Virus genome (UHGV): UHGV-0157131 | Length of the DNA: 42,387 bases | Strand: one strand, 5' to 3' | Origin: a virus | Shown here: piece by piece, positions 7,502 through 16,444 of the stretch | Numbering within the stretch: the first letter of the stretch is position 1 | How the letters are laid out: every line of letters starts with the position of its first letter | Translations under genes and position numbers: made by a program | The notes under the pieces: model-generated | Database searches by the model: none | The model's input: the letters and a program-made list of their open reading frames with translations, nothing else | Told to the model about the DNA's origin: nothing

Positions 7502-8182
7502 GAACTTTGAGTTTTCAAGAGCTGGTTCGAACATTTCTTCTTCCGCCTGTTTGCGCGCCTTTTCCGCATCTTGAAGCGAAGAAAACCGGCCTATAGTAAT
7601 TGATTTTCGACGGAATGTAATTTTCGCAATCCAACGTTTCTCACGTTCGCTCCAGTATACTCCTTTGACTCCTGATTTCGAGTTTTTGTTTGCTGGCCGA
7701 TCCGGGCGAATCGCGGAAAGGGTAGTACCGCCAACCTGACCGACTGCATCCGGTAGTCTTTTGGCGGATGCCTCGGAAAGAAGGCATCCGCAGCTTAAAA
7801 CTTTACCGCTGAGCAAATTTTTACGTGTCTCTATGACCTCAGTTCCGCAGTCACATCGGCAACGCCAAGCTAAGCGCTGGCCGTTTGCTAGCGTGGAATC
7901 TAGCTCTGCTGGGCCTATTACGGTAAGCCTGCCAAACCGTTTCCCAGTCATATCTATCGCCTGGGCTCTCGACTTTTCCGCCCTAGAGCATCCGCAGCTC
8001 CTTGTTCCGTTTTTCCCGGTCAGTGCATTTTGTAGTACAACGATCTCTTTGCCGCAGTCGCATCGGCAGCGCCATCGGCGCGTTGGTTTTCCGGATGGGG
8101 AGACATAGGGCGCTGGGTCCAGGCAAAGCACTGTGAGACGGCCGAATCTCTGGCCTGTCAAATCCTTTGGGGCGGCCATCAA
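7487..8182 (-). CDS. AP2-domain DNA-binding protein with two 'G.RFGRLTV...W.C.CDCG...SCGC' repeats
   Basis: Duplicated Cys motif; NSKSGVKGVYW...WIAKI...IGRF AP2 signature. Confidence 0.85.
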   Translation of the reverse strand: MMAAPKDLTGQRFGRLTVLCLDPAPYVSPSGKPTRRWRCRCDCGKEIVVLQNALTGKNGTRSCGCSRAEKSRAQAIDMTGKRFGRLTVIGPAELDSTLANGQRLAWRCRCDCGTEVIETRKNLLSGKVLSCGCLLSEASAKRLPDAVGQVGGTTLSAIRPDRPANKNSKSGVKGVYWSEREKRWIAKITFRRKSITIGRFSSLQDAEKARKQAEEEMFEPALENSKFKARR

Positions 8183-8460
8183 ATCAACTCCCTTATGTCA
8201 ACATCCAAAGCGTCAGCAATCGCCAATATATTGCGGGCGGTCATGTTACCGGCCTGAGCTTCTCCGCTCTCTACCTTTTGAATGGCGCGGACGTTTACGC
8301 CGGACCGTTCGGCCAGCTCATTGGTAGTAAGTCCGGCGGAAATGCGCGCCCACTCCAGCTTTGTGATTGGATTATTGTGGCAGTCCCGGCCATAGCTCAC
8401 CAGGGAGCAGACGGAACAGTTGCCGTCCGCCCGCTGGCAGTCCCGATATTTGCGCCTCAT
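8179..8460 (-). CDS. XRE HTH regulator with N-terminal Cys cluster
   Basis: C..CSVC..C; LTTNELAERSGVNVRAIQKVESG. Confidence 0.85.
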   Translation of the reverse strand: MRRKYRDCQRADGNCSVCSLVSYGRDCHNNPITKLEWARISAGLTTNELAERSGVNVRAIQKVESGEAQAGNMTARNILAIADALDVDIRELI

Positions 8461-8780
8461 GCCAGAACCTCTACCACAACGGGGTCCTCTATGATAATTT
8501 CGCCGGGGTCATCACCAAAGGAATAGCGGTTCCCGGCCAATACGGCTACGTGATCCCCGAAATACAGATGGGAATTTTTAGCCATATCAAACTTGATTGC
8601 GCAAACACCATCAAGCTCCTCGCCGGTATCCTCGCCGTCATCCCACACGTGGGATACATGGGACATCTCGCCAAGCTCAAATGGCTGCTCCTGGACACGG
8701 ATGCCGATGACCTCATAGTCAAGAGACAAATCGTCAGCTAATTCAATCGCTTTGGAGATCATTTCGGATGTAAGTTTCAT
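8457..8780 (-). CDS. Highly acidic 107-aa protein
   Basis: ATG 8780 after GGAGG; about 24 D/E versus 6 K/R by manual count. Confidence 0.8.
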   Translation of the reverse strand: MKLTSEMISKAIELADDLSLDYEVIGIRVQEQPFELGEMSHVSHVWDDGEDTGEELDGVCAIKFDMAKNSHLYFGDHVAVLAGNRYSFGDDPGEIIIEDPVVVEVLA

Positions 8781-8805
8781 TCTGTCCGCCTCCCTTTGTG
8801 GCTTC

Positions 8806-8834
8806 ATTATACGCCTATATCGGCACATTGTCAA
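8806..8834 (-). promoter_or_regulatory. Perfect consensus sigma-A promoter
   Basis: TTGACA-17-TATAAT; spacer contains GCC-N6-GGC dyad. Confidence 0.85.
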
Positions 8835-8933
8835 CAGCAATATAAAAACTATTTTTGCAACTTTTTGAAGCACTTAAAAGGAATGATACTAACATAACAC
8901 AAAAGTAAAATTGACCAAAATAAAAAAATTTTT

Positions 8934-8983
8934 AAGTCTGGTATCTGTTGTGACACAATGGATACCGGACTTTTTTATTTTTT
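8934..8983 (+). terminator. Long hairpin with T tract
   Basis: AAGTCTGGTATCTGTTGT-GAC-ACAATGGATACCGGACTT then TTTTATTTTTT. Confidence 0.65.
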
Positions 8984-9431
8984 AAGTTTGTCACGTAACG
9001 CGGTTTTCCCTCGCACTACTACGATAGAAGCAGAAGATCACAGGTCAAGGCGCTTCCTGTTCTGCTTCAAATCCTCCCTTATCCCATCTCTATATCTCAT
9101 TCTCCATCTCCAGAAAAAGAGGAGGGGGGGCGGCGGGGGCGGCAAAATAGCCCCCCTCCTCCTCTCCCAACATGTCGCCCTTTGCCGCATGAGGCGGGAG
9201 GCGGCACCAGTCGAAAGACACAGGCCTGCGGCAAGCCTGCAAACAATCCGCAAAATACCCGGGGAGCCGGGTATATGTCGCGCGACCGTGTCGGCCTACC
9301 ATGGGGCTCCGGGTGCGAAGCCTGGGTGCGGCAGTATCAAACCAGCCGTGCAGGTTTGTATGGGCGGGACTGAGGAGAACGGTGCTGCTCTAGTTTTGAG
9401 GCGGCCATATAAAGGAAGGGGGCGGTCTGTT

Positions 9432-9938
9432 GTGGCGCTGACGGCGAAACAAGCGGCTTTTGTAAAAGAGTATCTGGTTGACCTGAACGCGACGCAGGCC
9501 GCTATCAGGGCCGGGTATAGCGATAGGACTGCGGAAAAGATCGGGTCGGAAAACCTCCACAAACCAGAGATACAGGATGCAATACAGGCCGCTATGGACC
9601 AGAGGAGCAAAAAAACGGAGATCACGGCGGAACGTGTCCTCGAAGAGCTGGCGCGGATTGCATTTGCAGATGCAACAAAGCTTGCAAGAGTCGTTGACGG
9701 AGAGGATGGGCCGCTTGTTGAGCTCACGCCGACCAGCGAGCTGAGCGAAGAGCAGAGGTCTGCCATTGCTGGCATCAAACAGGGTAAGTATGGTGTGGAG
9801 ATTGCAAGCTGTGACAAGCTCAAAGCTTTGGAGCTTCTGGGGCGTCATCTTGCCATGTTTACCGACAAGACCGAGAGCAAGGTTGGCGGCGTGATGAAAA
9901 TTGAGCTGTCCCCGGAGCTGGAGGGGTTGGCGGAATGA
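9432..9938 (+). CDS. terS: Terminase small subunit
   Basis: LTAKQAAFVKEYLVDLNATQAAIRAGYS...KLKALELLGRHL; GTG start; the track's longer N-terminus is probably spurious. Confidence 0.93.
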   Translation: MALTAKQAAFVKEYLVDLNATQAAIRAGYSDRTAEKIGSENLHKPEIQDAIQAAMDQRSKKTEITAERVLEELARIAFADATKLARVVDGEDGPLVELTPTSELSEEQRSAIAGIKQGKYGVEIASCDKLKALELLGRHLAMFTDKTESKVGGVMKIELSPELEGLAE

Positions 9939-11287
9939 CGATCCAGATCACGCCGAACCAGAAACAGATTGAGTTTTTCCGGGCGAAAGCGCGGTTTGTG
10001 GCCTACGGCGGAGCCCGGGGCGGCGGCAAGAGCTGGTCCATCCGGCAGAAGGCCCGCCTGCTTGCGATCCGCTGGGCAGGAATCAAGATACTGATTCTGC
10101 GCCACACTTTCCCCGAACTCCGGGAAAACCACATACTTCCGTTAAAGCGTGAGCTGGCCGGGATGGCAACATACCGGGAGAGCGACAAGGCGTTTACCTT
10201 TACCAATGGCTCACGTATTGTGTTCGGCTACTGCGCCACGGAGCACGATGTGGACCAGTACCAGGGGCAGGAGTACGATGTTATCTTTCTGGACGAGGCG
10301 ACGCAGTTCACGGAGTATCAGTTTATTACCCTGGTGCCATGTATCCGAGGCGTGAACGAGTTTCCCAAGCGCATGTATCTGACCTGTAACCCGGGCGGCG
10401 TGGGCCATGCCTGGGTTAAGCGGCTCTTTATCGACCGGGACTTTCACAGCGACGAGGACCCGGATGATTATATGTTTATCTCCGCCAAAGCAACGGACAA
10501 CCCGGAGCTGATGCGGACCAACCCGGACTATATCAAGATGCTCAACAACCTTCCGCCGGGGCTGCGGGAGGCGTGGAGAGACGGTTCCTGGGATGTGTTT
10601 ATCGGCCAGTACTTTACGGAGTGGGACAGAGAGATCCATGTATGCGCCCCGTTTGACATCCCGGCGTGGTGGAGATGGTACATTACCATGGACTACGGCC
10701 TGGACATGCTGGCGGCCTACCTGATTGCCGTTGACGATCATGGGCGGGCCTATGTGGTACAAGAGGTATACGAGGGCCGGGACTGCGGGCAGGGGGCCGA
10801 GGGCCTTATCATCAAGGACGCGGCCGAGAGAGTCAAGCAGCTTGCAGGCGGTCGGAGTATTTATGAGTACCTGGCACCGCCTGACCTGTGGAACAGGCGG
10901 CAGGAGACCGGGAAGAGCGTGGCGGACATCTTTGCAGAGCACGGGGTATATCTGAGCAAGACCTCCAATGACCGCGTGGCCGGGTGGCTGGCGGTCAAAG
11001 AGTGGCTAAAGGTATACGAGGACGAGCAGGGAATACCAACGGCAAATCTGCGGATCTTTCCCAGGTGCTCCAATCTGATAAGGTGCTTGCCACAGCTCCA
11101 GTACGATGAAAAGAGACCGTCTGACGTGGCAAACGAGCCGCACGAGCTTACACACGGCCCCGACGCAATCCGGGGCTTTTGCGTGTATTGGACCACCAAG
11201 GGACAGCCGCCGAAGGCTCAGCCGAGGCCGAAGCTGACCGAAAAGTACAAGCCGGTAAAGACGGGGAGGAGAAGGAATGTTCGGTAA
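9935..11287 (+). CDS. terL: Terminase large subunit
   Basis: Walker A YGGARGGGKS, Walker B VIFLDEA, LTCNP, nuclease motifs MDYG and HGPDAIR. Confidence 0.95.
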   Translation: MTIQITPNQKQIEFFRAKARFVAYGGARGGGKSWSIRQKARLLAIRWAGIKILILRHTFPELRENHILPLKRELAGMATYRESDKAFTFTNGSRIVFGYCATEHDVDQYQGQEYDVIFLDEATQFTEYQFITLVPCIRGVNEFPKRMYLTCNPGGVGHAWVKRLFIDRDFHSDEDPDDYMFISAKATDNPELMRTNPDYIKMLNNLPPGLREAWRDGSWDVFIGQYFTEWDREIHVCAPFDIPAWWRWYITMDYGLDMLAAYLIAVDDHGRAYVVQEVYEGRDCGQGAEGLIIKDAAERVKQLAGGRSIYEYLAPPDLWNRRQETGKSVADIFAEHGVYLSKTSNDRVAGWLAVKEWLKVYEDEQGIPTANLRIFPRCSNLIRCLPQLQYDEKRPSDVANEPHELTHGPDAIRGFCVYWTTKGQPPKAQPRPKLTEKYKPVKTGRRRNVR

Positions 11288-13211
11288 AAAACGGAAAAAG
11301 AAAGGACAAGGCCGCTTTACCGGGTTTGACTACTCCACCCGGGAAATGAGAGAGCAGACGGTAAGTGAGCTGTACGCCAAGGCGAAAAATGCACGGGCGG
11401 CAGTCGAAAACCGATGGGTGCAATACAACGACTATTACAATTTCCTCCACAATGCCACGGCAGAAGTCCGGGAGGCGGTGGAGGAGAGCGGGATCTGCTG
11501 GGACCCTGCGGTGGTGCCTGACCCGTATATCCAGGTGGAGAGCCAGGTGGACCCGGTAGTACCTGAGCCTGAGTTTCGGGGCCGGGACGATGACCAGGAC
11601 AATGTCAAGGCCAAACAGCGGGAATACGCCGTCAAATTCGTCTGCCAGAACAACCGGCTGGACGATCTCAACACCAGCAACGAGAGACGCCTGGTGAAAC
11701 TGGGGGACGCGTTCTGGAAAGTGTACTGGGATGACCAGATGCCGTGCGGGAACCAGATGGGCGACATCCGTATCCGGGACGTACCGGTAGAGGCAATCTA
11801 TGTGGACCCGACTGCCGGTTCTGACGGTATCCAGGCCGGGCAGTTTGTCGATTATGTGTACCGCCTGCACAAGGTGGTATTTTGGCAGATGTACGGCGAC
11901 GCGCTCAAAAGAGAGGGCCTCGAACTGGAGGACGTGCTGGAGAGCGAGTATACCGTGCGCGGCGGTATCTTTGACATGGAGAGCACCATTGAGGAGTCCG
12001 ACGACACGGTGCAGGTGATCGAGCACTGGTTCCGCCATCCGGAGGACGAGGACGGTGCGGAGGCTGGAGACATCGGGTGCAGCATCCAAGCGGGCGGCCA
12101 TGAGGTAAAGTACATTCCGAAGTACTGGCAGCGCACCGGTCTGCAAAACAAGCGATTCCCCTTTGTACATTACTGGCGGGTGCGGAATGAGAACGGCTTT
12201 TACAACTGCTCCGAGATCCAGCCAATCCTCCCGATGGTGGATGCGGCGGACCGGGAGCTTGCAAACGCGCTGCTCAATGACGCGTTTACCGCAAACGACA
12301 TCATCTTGCAGGAGGAAAACGCCCTGGCAGACGGTGAGGAGATGACCAACACGCCGGGCGCGGTGGTCAAGACAAAGCCGAACGCCATTGGAAAGGTGGC
12401 CCGCCTGGGAGGGCTCCAGAGCGGGAAGAACAGCCTCCCAATGATTGAGTGGCTGCTCAGCCAGATCCAGCGCACCAACCGGAACTATGAGACCAACCAG
12501 GGCAAGGCCTCCGGCGTCAAGACGGCCACGGAGCTCTCCATGATGCGAGCCGACGTGGACAGCCAGATGGAGATTAAGAAGGCGGACCGAAACGGCGGTT
12601 TTGTCCGGCTCTATGAGCTGATTGACTGGTCTGTGCTGGAGTTCTACGAGGACCAGCGGGAAATCTACATTGGAGCGAAAAAGCCGGATGAAAAGCCGGT
12701 TTCCTTTACACTGATAACCGACGCCTTTGACACCGGACGCCCGGCCATCACGGACCCGATCACCGGAGAAATGGTCCAGGAGTCCACGCATTACTGGCCC
12801 ATGGTGGATGTCACGGTAAACGCCGGTGACGGTATCATCCGCAGCAAGGCGGCGACGCTCCAGGCCCTCCAGAATCTGGTTGGCGTACAGGTCACGCAGG
12901 ACAATTACAAGCTCATGTCCGCCATGGTCGAGGTGCTGGACATCCCGCAGAAACAGGAGATCACGCAGGAGTGGCAAGACCGATTCAGCCCGGCGGTTCC
13001 GCCGGAAGTCATCCAGGCGTTGGGGCAGGACCCGCAGCTCCTCCAGCTGGTCACGCAGGCGGTCACCGCCAAGCAGATGGCGCAGGGGGAACAGTGGATG
13101 CCAGGGGCCCCGATGCAGCAGGGCACGGCGACTCAGATGCCGGGCGGCCTGCCGAGCTCCGCACAATTTGACTTGATGGGAGGCGGCGCGAGTGGTGTGC
13201 CCGCGATGTAA
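11277..13211 (+). CDS. Portal protein (large, P22/podovirus-like)
   Basis: 644 aa directly after terL; IYVDP, PFVHY, KTATE motifs; Gln-rich tail. Confidence 0.85.
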   Translation: MFGKKRKKKGQGRFTGFDYSTREMREQTVSELYAKAKNARAAVENRWVQYNDYYNFLHNATAEVREAVEESGICWDPAVVPDPYIQVESQVDPVVPEPEFRGRDDDQDNVKAKQREYAVKFVCQNNRLDDLNTSNERRLVKLGDAFWKVYWDDQMPCGNQMGDIRIRDVPVEAIYVDPTAGSDGIQAGQFVDYVYRLHKVVFWQMYGDALKREGLELEDVLESEYTVRGGIFDMESTIEESDDTVQVIEHWFRHPEDEDGAEAGDIGCSIQAGGHEVKYIPKYWQRTGLQNKRFPFVHYWRVRNENGFYNCSEIQPILPMVDAADRELANALLNDAFTANDIILQEENALADGEEMTNTPGAVVKTKPNAIGKVARLGGLQSGKNSLPMIEWLLSQIQRTNRNYETNQGKASGVKTATELSMMRADVDSQMEIKKADRNGGFVRLYELIDWSVLEFYEDQREIYIGAKKPDEKPVSFTLITDAFDTGRPAITDPITGEMVQESTHYWPMVDVTVNAGDGIIRSKAATLQALQNLVGVQVTQDNYKLMSAMVEVLDIPQKQEITQEWQDRFSPAVPPEVIQALGQDPQLLQLVTQAVTAKQMAQGEQWMPGAPMQQGTATQMPGGLPSSAQFDLMGGGASGVPAM

Positions 13212-13314
13212 GATCGACGCCAAGGCGACGAGGGACAAAGAGGGGAAAACGGTGCTGACTTGCCGCAATCCCAAGTGTGAGTTCTACAAGCGAATCCTGA
13301 AAACTTTGAAATAG
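13192..13314 (+). CDS. 40-aa zinc-ribbon protein (absent from the ORF track)
   Basis: GGGAGG RBS, GTG start; MVCPRCKIDAKATRDKEGKTVLTCRNPKCEFYKRILKTLK*. Confidence 0.7.
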   Translation: MVCPRCKIDAKATRDKEGKTVLTCRNPKCEFYKRILKTLK

Positions 13315-13353
13315 AATCGCGGCCGGGGCGAATAACGGCGAAAGGAGCACAGC

Positions 13354-14172
13354 ATGGACGAGTTTGAAAACCAGGTGACCGAAGAGACCGAGCTGGACAC
13401 CGCTGGTCGTGAGAGTGTCGTGGACTCTCAGGAAGAAGGCGCGGCAAACACCGAACAGGACCCCGGCGCAGGGGAGAATGCTGACCCCGCAAGTCAGCAC
13501 CAGGACGGCAAGCAGTCGCACCAGGACAACGCCGCTGCCAGGGCGGCACGAATCCGCGCGGAGCAGGAGACCGCAGCGCGGCTCCAGAAGCAGTATGACG
13601 AGGAAGTCGCTGGCATGGGTATCATCAACCCCTACACCGGAAAGCCGTTCAGCGGCTTCAAGGACTTCCTGGAGTACGGCAAGCGATACCGCGAGGACAA
13701 GCTGGAGGAAGAGGCCAAGAAGCAGGGCAAGACCGTCGAGGAGCTGCGGGAGGAGGAGGAAAACAAGTCCTTCCTCGCCCGCAAGCGCAAAGAGGAGAAG
13801 GAGCGGCAGGAGGCCATGAAGGCGCTGGAACAGCAGAAAGCCTTTGTTGCCGCCGATCTGGACGCCTTTGTGAAAAAGTTCCCCGGCGTGGACCCCGGCA
13901 AGCTGGAACAGAACGCCAAGTTCCGGAAGTTCTCCAAGGGCCGCCTGTACAAGGAGCCCCTCTCTGAGATCTATCAGGACTATCTGGACGTGGTGGGCGA
14001 CGCGGAGCGGTCCGCCGTTGAGAAGGCTGCGGCCAGATCTGCGCGGAGCACCGGCGGCGGCCAGAGCGGCGGGGGAGACCTGCTGACGGCCAAGCAGCGG
14101 GCGGAGCTGGAGGAATGGAATGCTGCAAACCCCTCCATGAAGATGACCGCGAAAGAATTTTTGAGTATGTGA
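13354..14172 (+). CDS. Capsid scaffolding protein
   Basis: Acidic N-terminus, charged coiled coil, position before the capsid genes. Confidence 0.8.
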   Translation: MDEFENQVTEETELDTAGRESVVDSQEEGAANTEQDPGAGENADPASQHQDGKQSHQDNAAARAARIRAEQETAARLQKQYDEEVAGMGIINPYTGKPFSGFKDFLEYGKRYREDKLEEEAKKQGKTVEELREEEENKSFLARKRKEEKERQEAMKALEQQKAFVAADLDAFVKKFPGVDPGKLEQNAKFRKFSKGRLYKEPLSEIYQDYLDVVGDAERSAVEKAAARSARSTGGGQSGGGDLLTAKQRAELEEWNAANPSMKMTAKEFLSM

Positions 14173-14184
14173 AAGGAGTCATAT

Positions 14185-14823
14185 ATGCATCAGGTTATGG
14201 ATGTTTCCGGCGCTGTCCTGCACTCTGAGCGGGAATACGACATTGCGGCGGATACTGCAATCAATGAGGGCCAGGTTGTAAAGCTGGTTGACGGCCTTGT
14301 GGTGGCTGCTGCGGCTGGCGAGACTGCCGCTGTCCTGGGCATTTCCGCCGAGAGTCACCCCGGTACGGAGGACGCGCTCAATCCCCGGGCCAACGGCAAG
14401 AAGATCATCGTCCGGGATGCCCCCGGCGCCGTGCTGGCCTGCCCCGCTCCCGTCATTGCTGCGCTGACCGGCGGTAATGCCACCACCGTGAAGTTTACCG
14501 GCGCGGACGGTGTTGGCGCGGACGCTTTCAAGGGCGGCTATATCAAAGACAAGACTGGAAATGTGCGCCGGATCACCGGTTCCACTGACACCAGCGGCGC
14601 GATTGGCCTCACAGTTGAGAGCGGCGCTGTGGTGGGAGAGGGTGAAACCTTTATCCTGTATCCCCCCATCGGCTTCTCCAAAGGCAATCTGTCCTCCGAC
14701 GGGACCAAGATCGTCGTGACTGCGACTGCCGAGCTTCCCCTGTCTGTGATTGGCCGGGATGAGACCACGAATGAGATTTGGCTGGTGTCCAAGAAGCACG
14801 CCCTCGGCCCTGTGACCGCGTAA
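14185..14823 (+). CDS. Head decoration/cement protein
   Basis: Ala/Gly/Thr/Val-rich, between scaffold and capsid. Confidence 0.65.
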   Translation: MHQVMDVSGAVLHSEREYDIAADTAINEGQVVKLVDGLVVAAAAGETAAVLGISAESHPGTEDALNPRANGKKIIVRDAPGAVLACPAPVIAALTGGNATTVKFTGADGVGADAFKGGYIKDKTGNVRRITGSTDTSGAIGLTVESGAVVGEGETFILYPPIGFSKGNLSSDGTKIVVTATAELPLSVIGRDETTNEIWLVSKKHALGPVTA

Positions 14824-14835
14824 GGAGGTATCAAT

Positions 14836-15798
14836 ATGGGCACGAACGTAAACTCCACCGCCTGGAAGGGCGATAACTATAAGTTTGTAGGCAAGGCCTT
14901 TGACTATGCCTACAAGAACCGTATGAACAAGTTCCTCTCCATCATGGGCGAGGTCAACTCTAAGTCCATCGACTACGAGATGAACGGAACCGGCGGCTAC
15001 GGTGAGCTGTCCCTGTACGATGGCTCCAACCTGAACATGGGAGAGCAGAAGCGCGGCTTCCGCACCATCATCACGCCCCAGGAATACCAGAAGTCCATCG
15101 CTGTCGGCTATAAGCAGGCCAAGGTGGACAAGCTGGGCGAGACCCGCAAGGTCGGCACCCGCCTGGGCGACTCCGCCGCCATGACCGTCTATCTGCGCTG
15201 CCTGCGGATGTTCGGCAACGCCTTCAACCCCGGATACCTGGGCGGCGACGGCCAGCCCTGGGCCAGCACCAAGCACCCTGTGGCCTCCAAGGCGGACCAG
15301 AACCGACGCCGCATTCCCGATCCCGATTCCGGTACTTACTCCAACCTCATCACCGAAGAGCTGAGCGTGGACGCCATCACCAAGGCCCAGTCCATGGCGG
15401 GCCGCTTCCTGACTCCTGACGGCCTGCCCTTCATGTGCGAGATGAACACCGTGCTGGTCTCTCCCGAGCTGGAGGCCACCGCAAAGAAGCTGTTCGGCGA
15501 GAACAACAAGCTGCGGCCCCTCCGCTACCAGGAGGACAACTCCAATGCGGCCAACCCCATCTATGAGGACATGACCTACATGGTGGTGGGCGGCGGAAAC
15601 GACGGTTTCGGCGCGAAGCAGTGGGCGGTGTGTGACCGCACCCTCATGCAGGAGGTGTGCAACATCGTATACCTCACCCGGCCCCAGGTGATGAACACCG
15701 AGCTGGACAACCCGCTGATCGACCTGTACACCGCCTACGTGGACTTTGACACCGGCTGGGGCGACGCGCGGCCCATCATCTTCTCCAATCCCAAGTAA
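14836..15798 (+). CDS. Major capsid protein
   Basis: 320 aa, strong RBS and codon bias, VLVSPELE motif, followed by a terminator. Confidence 0.85.
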   Translation: MGTNVNSTAWKGDNYKFVGKAFDYAYKNRMNKFLSIMGEVNSKSIDYEMNGTGGYGELSLYDGSNLNMGEQKRGFRTIITPQEYQKSIAVGYKQAKVDKLGETRKVGTRLGDSAAMTVYLRCLRMFGNAFNPGYLGGDGQPWASTKHPVASKADQNRRRIPDPDSGTYSNLITEELSVDAITKAQSMAGRFLTPDGLPFMCEMNTVLVSPELEATAKKLFGENNKLRPLRYQEDNSNAANPIYEDMTYMVVGGGNDGFGAKQWAVCDRTLMQEVCNIVYLTRPQVMNTELDNPLIDLYTAYVDFDTGWGDARPIIFSNPK

Positions 15799-15803
15799 TC
15801 CAA

Positions 15804-15837
15804 AGGGGCGGGCAAACGCCCGCCCCTATTTGTTTTT
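15804..15837 (+). terminator. Terminator after the capsid gene
   Basis: AGGGGCGGGC-AAAC-GCCCGCCCCT plus T-rich tail. Confidence 0.8.
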
Positions 15838-15853
15838 GATTTGAGGTGACGCC

Positions 15854-16444
15854 ATGACACTGGGCGAAGGAAAGCGAAAGGCCCTTATGCTGATGGATGA
15901 ATACTCCTCCAGCGGAGTCCTGACCGTAGACGAGGACCTGGAGCTGAGAATGGCGGATTTTTTTGACCTTGCGCAAAAAAATATCGCTGCATACAAGAAA
16001 ATCATACGGTCCTTTGTCCCGGAAAAGCCGGAGACGGACAATTCTCCGGTGTCTGGCCTGATCGCCTGCCCCGCTCCGGATAACTTTATCCAGCCGTTCC
16101 GCGTTTGGAGAGACGGCAAAGTTACCAGGGCCTATGCCTGGACCGGGAAGGCAATCCTGCTTCCGGAGGATGTGATTGGGAGCGTCACCGTGGAGTATTT
16201 TGCCACACCGGCCACCATTCCGCAGGACGCTCCGGATGACTATGAATTTGAGGTTTCGGACGATGCAGCCGCCTGCATGCCGTACTTTGTGGCGGCACAG
16301 CAGCTGGTAGTGGACCTTGTAGTTGACTTCCGGCCATTGCTGGATCTCTACGACCGCATGGTCTCCTCCCTTGATCTGTCTCTCCCGAGCGGAGGTGGGG
16401 GCGTCCGGCAGTCCTTTTATTCCTGCGGTGGGAGGAAACGCTGA
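15854..16444 (+). CDS. Head-tail adaptor (podovirus type)
   Basis: 196 aa; position between capsid and nozzle. Confidence 0.65.
   Translation: MTLGEGKRKALMLMDEYSSSGVLTVDEDLELRMADFFDLAQKNIAAYKKIIRSFVPEKPETDNSPVSGLIACPAPDNFIQPFRVWRDGKVTRAYAWTGKAILLPEDVIGSVTVEYFATPATIPQDAPDDYEFEVSDDAAACMPYFVAAQQLVVDLVVDFRPLLDLYDRMVSSLDLSLPSGGGGVRQSFYSCGGRKR

Noticed and set aside
8958..9431. N-terminal extension of TerS in the ORF track
   Set aside because: TerS-like sequence and RBS start at GTG 9432; the upstream region looks non-coding and structured
11148..13274. 708-aa minus-strand ORF (also 21255..23000 and similar)
   Set aside because: Shadow frames of the portal and other well-supported genes
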